A DNA stretch of 64,000 nucleotides, taken from the sequence record SRR31156797_2365; one strand, written 5' to 3'. Position 1 is the stretch's first letter; each line of letters starts with the position of its first letter. A program made the position numbers and the translations under genes. The notes beneath the pieces are model-generated. The model was given only the letters and a program-made list of their open reading frames with translations. It ran no database searches and was not told the origin of the DNA. This document shows, one piece after another, positions 30,778 to 39,027 of the stretch.

Positions 30778-32268
30778 ATGGAACAAACTTCTACCAATAC
30801 TTTTTGCTCCGACCTGTCAACCAGCCCTATTGATAATGCAGGCACAATACTGGTAACAGGAGCTACCGGATACATTGGCGGAAGACTCGTTCCTGAATTG
30901 CTTGGCAGAAATTACAAAGTACGGGTTATGGTCAGATCAGACTCACCCGGAATTACAGACCGCTGGCCAGGTGTAGAGGCAGTTTATGCCGACGCCAATG
31001 ACCTCGAACAACTGCTACTGGCACTCGAAGGTGTCGAAACTGCTTACTACCTTATTCATTCACTGAACCTTGGTAACAAAAAATTCGAATCCGTTGACCT
31101 GAAAGTTGCTGTAAATTTTAGAACCGCAGCAGAAAACCAGGGTGTAAAAAGGATTATTTACCTGAGCGGACTGGGCATGAGTGATGCCTCGCTTTCGCCA
31201 CACCTGAAAAACAGGACGATGGTTGCAGATAAACTTCTTGATGGAAAGATACCTGTAACTGTCCTGCGTGCAGGAATGATTGTTGGCTCAGGTAGTGCAT
31301 CCTACGAAATACTCAGGTACCTCGTAAAAAACACACCTGTATTTTTTATTCCCTATTGGGCCAAAACAAAAAGTCAACCCATATCTATAAGGGACGTAAT
31401 AAAATATCTGATTGGTGTGTTGGAACTTCCGCAGACGGCAGGCCAAAAATATGATATTGGGGGGCCTGACATTGTAACCTATGATGAGCTGTTACGCATT
31501 CTGGCTAAAATTCAGGGCAAACGGAGGTTTTTCTTTCCGGGTTTGATTACTTACACGCCGCTATATGGCTATATCGCAAGCCTGCTCACACCCGTACCTG
31601 GCCCAATCACCAAAGTACTGATTGATGGTTGTAAAAACGAAGTGATTTGTGTTAACAACGAAATCAGGCAACTTCTGCCCTTTAAACCACTTTCTCTGCA
31701 TGATGCCTTTGTGAAGGCTATGACAGCCGAAGAGTCTGATAAAATATCCTCAAGATGGTCGGATGCATACCCGCCTGGATATGAGTTGGCCATAAGACTG
31801 CCCAACCTTAACCCTCCGCCAAAATACACCAGTTCATACTGCCTGCTTAGTTATAAAGACAATAGTGTGTTGTTCGATTCATTTTGCAGAATTGGAGGCA
31901 AAATGGGTTGGTTTAACGGAAACTGGATGTGGCGGCTACGGGGCTGGTTCGACAGGCTTTTGCTGGGTGTTGGGAGTTCACGGGGGCGGCGCAGCAACAC
32001 TGAACTCAGGATAAATGATACAATCGATTTCTGGCGGGTAGAAAATATTGTAAAAGACAAAATGCTTTTGCTTAGAGCTGAAATGAAACTTCCGGGTGAG
32101 GCCTGGCTTGAATTTTCTATCGACAATTATGAAGGATTAAAGAAACTGCTTATCAACGCCTATTTTCAACCCAGAGGTTTTGCTGGATGGTTATACTGGA
32201 TTTTTTTCCTACCCTTTCACAGTTTTATTTTTAAGGATCTGCTCAAACACATAGAAAAACGTGCCTGA
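30778..32268 (+). CDS. NAD(P)-binding SDR fused to DUF2867 (YbjT-like)
   Basis: LVTGATGYIGG, AYYLIHS, GSGSASYE; C-terminal IGG..GW...W.WRLRG..D, DFWRVE, LRAEMKLPGEAWL. Confidence 0.88.
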   Translation: MEQTSTNTFCSDLSTSPIDNAGTILVTGATGYIGGRLVPELLGRNYKVRVMVRSDSPGITDRWPGVEAVYADANDLEQLLLALEGVETAYYLIHSLNLGNKKFESVDLKVAVNFRTAAENQGVKRIIYLSGLGMSDASLSPHLKNRTMVADKLLDGKIPVTVLRAGMIVGSGSASYEILRYLVKNTPVFFIPYWAKTKSQPISIRDVIKYLIGVLELPQTAGQKYDIGGPDIVTYDELLRILAKIQGKRRFFFPGLITYTPLYGYIASLLTPVPGPITKVLIDGCKNEVICVNNEIRQLLPFKPLSLHDAFVKAMTAEESDKISSRWSDAYPPGYELAIRLPNLNPPPKYTSSYCLLSYKDNSVLFDSFCRIGGKMGWFNGNWMWRLRGWFDRLLLGVGSSRGRRSNTELRINDTIDFWRVENIVKDKMLLLRAEMKLPGEAWLEFSIDNYEGLKKLLINAYFQPRGFAGWLYWIFFLPFHSFIFKDLLKHIEKRA

Positions 32269-32302
32269 AAAGAAAATATTGAGAAGAAAAGCTGTTGTGT
32301 AT

Positions 32303-33010
32303 TCATCCTGTTTCGCTGATTCGCCGGAGGGCATCCATATCATGGATACTGATTTTTTTACCTGCCTGCCCGATAATTCCAGCTTTTCGGAATTCACGAA
32401 GTGTTTTTAATACACTGTCGGTTGACATATCAGCAAGTGTTCCAAGTTCCCTGCTTGTAAATATCAGGTCGAATTCCTCAGCCTCAAATATCTGCTCACA
32501 AAGATATATCAGTACTTCTGCAAGCCTTCCCGGTACATATCGTTGGGTGAGGTTGATAAGCCGGTTGTATGTGTTAAGTGTATTAAAACTAAAATCTTTA
32601 AAAAATTCTTCAGCAAACGCCTTATTGGAATAAATGATTTGCTTGAATGCTGATACTTCGATAAAGCAGGCCTCAGTAGGTAGATGTGTTTTAACAGTGT
32701 AGTGGTGACGATGATGAACAAACATTCCGGGGCCACCAATGAAATTACCGGGTCTTACAATTTTTAAAATCAAATTTCTATTATTCAGTCCCTCAATATA
32801 GAGACTGGCAAGCCCGGAGGTTAATACGATTACATGAGACAGATAAGCACCCTGCTTCCGAATGATTTCGCCAGGTTTAAAGCTGAGCTCAAATCGATTT
32901 GCATTCATTTTTTCCAGTTCATCGGAACTCAGCTTTGAAAACAATGGGGATTTGGTATCACATGCTGGACAATTTTTTCGATTGCAATTGGTGTTTATGG
33001 AATGATACAT
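32303..33010 (-). CDS. Crp/Fnr family regulator, paralog B
   Basis: N-terminal CNRKNCPAC, cNMP-fold body, central ACF Cys, C-terminal HTH (SRELGTLADMSTDSVLKTL). Confidence 0.9.
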   Translation of the reverse strand: MYHSINTNCNRKNCPACDTKSPLFSKLSSDELEKMNANRFELSFKPGEIIRKQGAYLSHVIVLTSGLASLYIEGLNNRNLILKIVRPGNFIGGPGMFVHHRHHYTVKTHLPTEACFIEVSAFKQIIYSNKAFAEEFFKDFSFNTLNTYNRLINLTQRYVPGRLAEVLIYLCEQIFEAEEFDLIFTSRELGTLADMSTDSVLKTLREFRKAGIIGQAGKKISIHDMDALRRISETG

Positions 33011-33320
33011 ATTATATGGTTAATTTTTCCAGTCTTCAAAAGTAAGTGATTTTTCCGGCAGGTAATTTCAAAATCCAACCGGTCCCGGATAAGCTATTGG
33101 AAAAATACTGTCAACCAGCATCGATGATCAGCCACCGGCGTTTTTTTAAAAATAGTTTTTATGTTATGGATTCAATCCTGGCACCAACAGGTACTATTGT
33201 GGATATTTCAGATTTAGCATTTTCAGGGTCTTGGTCCATTTACCCTAACAATCAAACGGATCCTGGCCACACTTAAATATTTCGGGAAAATCCATGACAG
33301 CAGTGAAACAATCGAAACAC

Positions 33321-34025
33321 TTACCCTATCATACTGATCTTTTCCAGGGCAGCCATTTTTGGAATCCTTAAATGATCACCTTCTAAAATAATTACCTCTT
33401 CGGTTTTGAATTCTTTCAAAATTCTGATCACACTCTCTTTTGACAGGTTGGTCATATCGGCCAAATCCTGCCTTGACAAAGAAAGGTGGAAATCCTGGGA
33501 TTGATAGATATCTTTGCTCAGGTATAGTAATGCATCAGCAACACGCCCTGGCATTTGCTTTTGTGTGAGGTCCGCAAACCGCCCAAAACTATATACAGCA
33601 TTTCGGTTTACGTGTTCGATAAATTTTTCTGCAAAATCCGCATTTGCCCTGATCGCCTCTTTAAAACGGTGCTGGGTAACGTAGCAAACCGTACAATCCT
33701 GAAGCGCAGTAGCAGAATAGTAATTTCGACCATCCAAAAAAATACCCGGGCCTCCGAACATTTCGATAGGTTTTATCAATTTCATGATTAATCCTCGTCC
33801 ATTTGGGCCTTCGAGGTAGATTTTTACCAGGCCACTGGTCAACATTAAAATATGAGAACATGCGGAACCCTGCTTGAAAATCATTTCACCCTTTCGGTAG
33901 GTAGTTTCAAACCGATCCTTATTTAACTGTTCCAGTTGTTCAACTGTAAGCAAACTAAAAAGCGGTGACCGCTTATTGCAGTCATTACAGTTATTACAAA
34001 TGGATGATTTCTTAAATTGTATCAT
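33321..34025 (-). CDS. Crp/Fnr family regulator, paralog A (FNR-like)
   Basis: N-terminal CNNCNDC, central CTVCY, HTH LSRQDLADMTNLSKESVIRIL with an E...R recognition helix. Confidence 0.92.
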   Translation of the reverse strand: MIQFKKSSICNNCNDCNKRSPLFSLLTVEQLEQLNKDRFETTYRKGEMIFKQGSACSHILMLTSGLVKIYLEGPNGRGLIMKLIKPIEMFGGPGIFLDGRNYYSATALQDCTVCYVTQHRFKEAIRANADFAEKFIEHVNRNAVYSFGRFADLTQKQMPGRVADALLYLSKDIYQSQDFHLSLSRQDLADMTNLSKESVIRILKEFKTEEVIILEGDHLRIPKMAALEKISMIG

Positions 34026-34106
34026 CGTTAGTTTTCCCTTCTTTCATACTTAACTATGCAAAAATAAGCATATCTGGATTCATTTTGAACTAAAATCATT
34101 AAAATG

Positions 34107-34120
34107 TTGATATAGATCAA
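34107..34120. promoter_or_regulatory. Perfect FNR box TTGAT-ATAG-ATCAA
   Basis: 10/10 consensus match between divergent -7 boxes: TATTTTTG (minus, 34059-34066) and TACATTTG (plus, 34197-34204). Confidence 0.8.
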
Positions 34121-34244
34121 TTTTTCCGGTGAGAAATACCTTGTTTGGACTAGCAAATACCACCGTTAAAAAATGTTGGCGTGAATCCAATAACAGTACA
34201 TTTGACACACAATTATAAACATCAAATTTAAAGATCATATAACT

Positions 34245-35276
34245 ATGAGAAAAATTAAAATTACACACGTTTTTATGCTGATGATCCTTGCACTCGCAGT
34301 AGCTGCAGGATGTACCAAAGAAGGACCTGCAGGACCTGCAGGACCTGCAGGAGCAGATGGTACTGATGGTACCGATGGAGTTGATGGAAATGCTTCATGT
34401 ATTCAATGTCACACCTTAGAATACATGGGCCAGATTGAAGAGCAGTATGCCATGTCTGGCCACTCAGCTGGTTTGTATGTTGGCTATGCTGGTGGACGTA
34501 ACGGATGCGCCATGTGTCACTCGGACGAAGGTTTCCGTGAAACACAGCACACCGGACAGGACACAACTGCTGCCAATATTCCAATTCCAACTCACATCCA
34601 GTGTTCAACCTGTCACAGCTTCCACGAGACCCTCGACTTTGAAAACGATGGTCCTGACTACGCTGTTCGTCAAAACGGACCAGTTGACCTGTTGATGTAC
34701 CGTGGTATGGAACCTGTTGTAACACTCGACTTCGGTAACAATTCTAACCTCTGCCTGAATTGTCACCAGCCACGCCGTCCGGGACCAGAAGATGATGGTA
34801 CAGGAAACTTCACCATTACCAGTACACACTACGGACCCCACCACGGGCCCCAGGGAACATTCCTCCAGGGTATTGGCGGAGCCGAAATTGGTGTAGGCTA
34901 TCCTGAACCAGGCAGTTCAACACACGTTCAGGCAGGTTGTACCGGTTGCCACATGCATGAGTATGCCAATGAAGAAGGTGGCCATACATGGAAAGTTCCG
35001 ATTGCATCTTGTACACCATGCCACGAAGGTGCTACCACACTCGACATCAATGGTAAACAAACCGAGATTGAAGGGCTGATGGCAGAACTTGAAACCAAAT
35101 TGCATGACCTTGGCGTTGTGGATGAAGAAGGACACCCTATTCCGGGAACCTATCCACTTGTTCAGGCACAGGCATTCTACAACTATGCAGGTCTTGTTGA
35201 CGATCGCAGTTATGGTGTTCACAATTATGGTTACATCAAGCAAATTGTCACCAATTCGATCAACGCATTAAATTAA
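34245..35276 (+). CDS. Hexaheme cytochrome c lipoprotein with collagen-like linker
   Basis: Lipobox VAAGC; eight G-X-Y triplets; CIQCH, CAMCH, CSTCH, CLNCH, CTGCH, CTPCH; C-terminal helical region with DRSYGVHN. Confidence 0.9.
   Translation: MRKIKITHVFMLMILALAVAAGCTKEGPAGPAGPAGADGTDGTDGVDGNASCIQCHTLEYMGQIEEQYAMSGHSAGLYVGYAGGRNGCAMCHSDEGFRETQHTGQDTTAANIPIPTHIQCSTCHSFHETLDFENDGPDYAVRQNGPVDLLMYRGMEPVVTLDFGNNSNLCLNCHQPRRPGPEDDGTGNFTITSTHYGPHHGPQGTFLQGIGGAEIGVGYPEPGSSTHVQAGCTGCHMHEYANEEGGHTWKVPIASCTPCHEGATTLDINGKQTEIEGLMAELETKLHDLGVVDEEGHPIPGTYPLVQAQAFYNYAGLVDDRSYGVHNYGYIKQIVTNSINALN
34323..34394 (+). repeat. Collagen-like coding repeat (GGACCTGCA x3, then GAD/GTD/GTD/GVD/GNA)
   Basis: Exact 9-bp tandem repeat at 34323-34349, continuing as Gly-X-Asp triplets. 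Confidence 0.9.
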
Positions 35277-35293
35277 GAAACTAATAACGCTTC

Positions 35294-35331
35294 AAAAAAG
35301 GTTTCTTAATACTCAATAAGAAACCTTTTTT
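35294..35331 (+). terminator. Intra-operon hairpin/terminator after the hexaheme gene
   Basis: Perfect 15-bp stem AAAAAAGGTTTCTTA / TAAGAAACCTTTTTT, 8-nt loop, followed by GTTTTT. Confidence 0.7.
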
Positions 35332-35362
35332 GTTTTTACTATCACCCCAAAATTTTAACTCT

Positions 35363-35758
35363 ATGAAAATGAAGAGACTATTACAATTCACAGTACTGTT
35401 TGTGTTTATTGCAATGCTTGCATCCTGCGAATACGACTTCATCCAGCCCGAACCGGCTCCTGAACCCCCAGACCCTACAGATACCATTTACTTCGCTACA
35501 GAGGTAGCGCCAATCTGGGAAAATAACAGCTGCACAAACTGCCATAAGCCCGGAGGCATAAGTTCTTTGGACCTTACTGCAGCCAATGCATATAGCAGCC
35601 TGACATCAAAAGGCCTCTACAATGTAGATGATCCGCCTTCAAGCAAGATTTATTATTTTCCTCACCCAACAACTGGTGAGCACAATTATAAATATGCCAA
35701 TGAAACCGAGGCAGAGATCATTTTGCAATGGATCGCACAAGGTGCACTGAATAACTAA
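35363..35758 (+). CDS. Monoheme cytochrome c lipoprotein
   Basis: Lipobox LASC, Pro-rich linker, F..EVAPI...CTNCH, C-terminal WIAQGALNN. Confidence 0.85.
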   Translation: MKMKRLLQFTVLFVFIAMLASCEYDFIQPEPAPEPPDPTDTIYFATEVAPIWENNSCTNCHKPGGISSLDLTAANAYSSLTSKGLYNVDDPPSSKIYYFPHPTTGEHNYKYANETEAEIILQWIAQGALNN

Positions 35759-35780
35759 GGAGAATAACTTAAAATTGAAG

Positions 35781-36662
35781 ATGATGAAAAAGTATATAGC
35801 AGGAATTTTAATATTAGTTATTGGATGTTTACACTTGCAGGCGCAAGACGAAGCAGAAACCAAAAAGGTGGACAAACCGGTAAGGTTTTCATTTGCAAGC
35901 GGACATCTCATCGATAACCAAACCAGCACTATGCCCGTTAAAAACACACTGGAATGGGTTATAGAACACAGATTTGGAACAATGGACAACGGAACTACTG
36001 ACATGTTTGGTTTGTATGCTCCGGGAGCCAACATCAGGAATGGATTTAACTACACCATTCTTGATAACCTTCAGGTAGGTTACGGACTTACCCTAAAAAA
36101 TATGTACAGCGATTTCAATGTAAAATATGTGCCACTAGAACAAACACGTGAAAACACAATTCCCGTTTTTGTTACCATTTATGCAAACATGGCCATTGAT
36201 GGCAGAAATGAAGACGTTTTCGGAACCGAGTATAAATTCTCCAACCGCATGTCATATTTCAGCCAGTTGATTGTAGGACGTAAAATCAATAACTGGCTAA
36301 GCGTTCAGGCACACACCAGTTTTACCCACTATAATTCGGTGGCTGACGACATGAACCACGATGTGGTAGGTGTAGGTTTTAACGGAAGGATAAACTTTTC
36401 ACCGCAATCTTCTTTTTTGTTCCAGTATGATATTCCACTCAAGATTGAGTCGATTTCGGAACAAAGTGAATTTGATGCGGCAAAGCCAAACCTGGGAATC
36501 GGGTACGAAGTTTCAACCAGTACACATGCTTTCCAGATTTATATTACCTCAGCTAATGGTATTTTACCGCAGGATAATTATCTTTACAATTCCTTCGACT
36601 GGACAGAAGGTGGTTCTGATCTGATGTTTGGATTTACTATTACGCGTTTATGGGGATTTTAA
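35781..36662 (+). CDS. DUF5777-like outer membrane beta-barrel protein
   Basis: Signal peptide; IEHRFG...FGLY, RMSYFSQL, KPNLGIG.E.STSTHAFQI, FGFTITR; C-terminal Phe. Confidence 0.8.
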   Translation: MMKKYIAGILILVIGCLHLQAQDEAETKKVDKPVRFSFASGHLIDNQTSTMPVKNTLEWVIEHRFGTMDNGTTDMFGLYAPGANIRNGFNYTILDNLQVGYGLTLKNMYSDFNVKYVPLEQTRENTIPVFVTIYANMAIDGRNEDVFGTEYKFSNRMSYFSQLIVGRKINNWLSVQAHTSFTHYNSVADDMNHDVVGVGFNGRINFSPQSSFLFQYDIPLKIESISEQSEFDAAKPNLGIGYEVSTSTHAFQIYITSANGILPQDNYLYNSFDWTEGGSDLMFGFTITRLWGF

Positions 36663-36714
36663 CAGCAAACCCAAATTAAATAATACAATTGTTTAACTTT
36701 AAATCACTTTAAAA

Positions 36715-37134
36715 ATGAAAAAAGCTAATTTTTTAATGATTTCAACATTAATCGCAGGATTTTTCCTGCTCATGTCATTTATTGTACCACAAGATCAAAA
36801 GCAACCAGCACCCTGGGACGTTCCGTCAAAATACAAGAAAATGGAAAATCCATATGCAGGCGATAAGAGCCTCGACAGGGTTGGTAAAATGTTGTATTCG
36901 AAACATTGCAAATCCTGCCATGGAAATAATGGTGAAGGTGACGGCCCAAAAGCCAAGCAACTCGAAACCTGGTGTAATGATTTTACAACCGAAGATTTCC
37001 AGGCACAATCAGATGGTGTTTTGTATTACAAATCCTTCATTGGTCGTGATGAAATGCCCAACTTCGAAAAGAAAATTCCGGAAGAAGAAGATCGTTGGGC
37101 TGTTATAAACTACATGAGGGGAATGAAGAAATAG
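36715..37134 (+). CDS. Periplasmic class I monoheme cytochrome c
   Basis: Signal/anchor, NP...GKMLYSKHCKSCHG..GEGDGP, distal Met in GRDEMPNF, W.VINYMR. Confidence 0.92.
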   Translation: MKKANFLMISTLIAGFFLLMSFIVPQDQKQPAPWDVPSKYKKMENPYAGDKSLDRVGKMLYSKHCKSCHGNNGEGDGPKAKQLETWCNDFTTEDFQAQSDGVLYYKSFIGRDEMPNFEKKIPEEEDRWAVINYMRGMKK

Positions 37135-37175
37135 TAACTGAAAGTCCTTGCTAAACAAGTTAGCAACAGGATATT

Positions 37176-37234
37176 AAAATGCCCTGGCTGGATTTTCACA
37201 CCTACTATTGGTGAAATTCTAACCGGGGCATTTT
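37176..37234 (+). terminator. Long imperfect hairpin between sub-operons
   Basis: AAATGCCCTGGCTGGATTTTCAC pairs with GTGAAATTCTAACCGGGGCATTT (2 G-U pairs, 2 mismatches). Confidence 0.55.
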
Positions 37235-37389
37235 CATAACCCCCCATTTCATATGAATGGAAATCACCCGACAATGAGAGCCATAGTTCCTTTAACTATG
37301 CTCTTAAAGCCAGGTAATCAAAAAAAAACTACTTCTGGATTTTAAAACCTATTCAGACATACCAACTATTCTAAATTGATGATTCAACA

Positions 37390-38349
37390 ATGAAAATCAG
37401 ACTAGCTAATTTACTTATCATTTCAATTTTCCTGGCTATGCCATGCTTAAATGCTTTTGGCCAGGACGAAACAGATGAAATTCCTGAAAACGTGACTGCT
37501 AATCAAAAATGCTTCAAATGTCATGGCCAGGACTTTTACTATTATTATAATGACTGGATCGAACAAGATGTCCGGGAAAGAATGAACCCGTATTTTGTAA
37601 TTGATACAGCAGAGTTTTATGTATCAAATCACAAAACCTTTTTTTGTACCGATTGCCACTCACCGGATTATGAAAATTTCCCGCACGACGGGCTGCTCCG
37701 CATGGAGCCAAGTTACACCTGTATGGATTGCCATGGAGGTGATGACAATTATGCTCAATTTAATTTCGAAAAAATTGAAGAAGAGTTTGACAACAGTGTG
37801 CATGCAAGCAGGCACGATGAGACTTTTGACTGTTGGATGTGCCATGATCCTCATACCTACCGTATCAGTGCCAGAAACACCAAAAGCGTTATCAATACCG
37901 TTGCCTATGACAATGGTATCTGCCTTCAATGCCATGCCGACCTGGATATGTACCAGATAGTTACCGATAAGGAAAATCCAAATATTTTAACTACCCACGA
38001 CTGGCTGCCAAATCAGAGTCTTCACTTTGCAAATGTGAGATGTATCGAATGTCACGCCAAAATTAACGACAGTATCCTTGTAGCTCACCAGGTAGTACCT
38101 AAAGAACAGGCAGTGAAAAAATGTGTGGAATGCCACTCCACCAACTCCCTGCTCATGGCCTCACTTTATAAGCACCAGGTTCGCGAACAGCGGGGGTCAG
38201 CAGGTTTTGTGAATGGAGCAATACTCAACGAAGCCTATGTTATTGGTGCTAACCGAAGCCCACTGCTCAATAAGGTCAGCCTGATCTTATTTGGGTTTGT
38301 GCTATTTGGAATTCTAATCCACACTATTTTAAGAATTATCAAAAACTAG
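37390..38349 (+). CDS. Heptaheme cytochrome c with C-terminal membrane anchor (CbcA-like)
   Basis: Signal peptide; CFKCH, CTDCH, CMDCH, CWMCH, CLQCH, CIECH, CVECH; C-terminal TM helix containing His (GILIHTILR). Confidence 0.88.
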   Translation: MKIRLANLLIISIFLAMPCLNAFGQDETDEIPENVTANQKCFKCHGQDFYYYYNDWIEQDVRERMNPYFVIDTAEFYVSNHKTFFCTDCHSPDYENFPHDGLLRMEPSYTCMDCHGGDDNYAQFNFEKIEEEFDNSVHASRHDETFDCWMCHDPHTYRISARNTKSVINTVAYDNGICLQCHADLDMYQIVTDKENPNILTTHDWLPNQSLHFANVRCIECHAKINDSILVAHQVVPKEQAVKKCVECHSTNSLLMASLYKHQVREQRGSAGFVNGAILNEAYVIGANRSPLLNKVSLILFGFVLFGILIHTILRIIKN

Positions 38350-38356
38350 AATAAAC

Positions 38357-38971
38357 ATGTCAAAAGATAAATTATATCTATATCCTGTCTGGATCCGGCT
38401 ATGGCACTGGATCAACGCACTCCTGTGCCTGTTATTGATTATTTCGGGTGTAAGTATGCAATATTCAAATCCTCAATATCCATTTATCAGGTTTGATATT
38501 GCCGTTACGATGCATAACGTCTCAGGGATTCTGATAACCGTGAGCTATGTATGGTTTATCCTTGGAAACTGGAGAACCGAAAACGGGCGTTTTTACAGAA
38601 TGAAATTACGTGGTTTAAAATACCGTTTAACAGAACAGGCCAAATATTATGCTTTTGGGATTTTTAAAGGCCAACATGCTCCGTTTCCAATTAACAAAAA
38701 CCGGAAATTTAATCCGCTTCAAAAGATTGCTTACTCCTCTATTATGTATGTCTTTTTTCCGCTGATGTTCATATCCGGATGGTCGCTCCTGTTTCCGGAA
38801 ATTATTATTCATAACGTATTTGGATTTAGCGGTATACATATTACAGGGGTGATGCATATCATCTCCGGGTTTATCATTTCTGTATTTATGTTTGTCCACA
38901 TTTACTTCTGCACAATCGGAACAACCGTTAAAAGTAATTTCAGGGCCATGTTCACAGGATGGCATGAATAA
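38357..38971 (+). CDS. Di-heme cytochrome b (FdnI/HydC/PhsC type; CbcB-like)
   Basis: Four TM helices with His in RLWHWIN, TMHN, VMHII and VHIY; KFNPLQK motif. Confidence 0.9.
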   Translation: MSKDKLYLYPVWIRLWHWINALLCLLLIISGVSMQYSNPQYPFIRFDIAVTMHNVSGILITVSYVWFILGNWRTENGRFYRMKLRGLKYRLTEQAKYYAFGIFKGQHAPFPINKNRKFNPLQKIAYSSIMYVFFPLMFISGWSLLFPEIIIHNVFGFSGIHITGVMHIISGFIISVFMFVHIYFCTIGTTVKSNFRAMFTGWHE

Positions 38972-39027
38972 TCATCCAACACGATCTTTTGGATCGGTAT
39001 AAATAACTAAAGAAAAAACAACACGAT

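Noticed and set aside
33046-33276. 76-aa ORF between the two Crp/Fnr genes
   Set aside because: Opposite strand to its neighbours, no motif; likely regulatory spacer.
29245-35276. NrfHA nitrite ammonification system
   Set aside because: No CxxCK catalytic heme motif in any cytochrome, and the NapC-type protein has 7 hemes and 3 TM helices, unlike NrfH.
34245-35276. OmcS-type nanowire cytochrome (also six hemes)
   Set aside because: Only the heme count matches. It is a lipoprotein with a helical C-terminus, and I see no support for OmcS homology.
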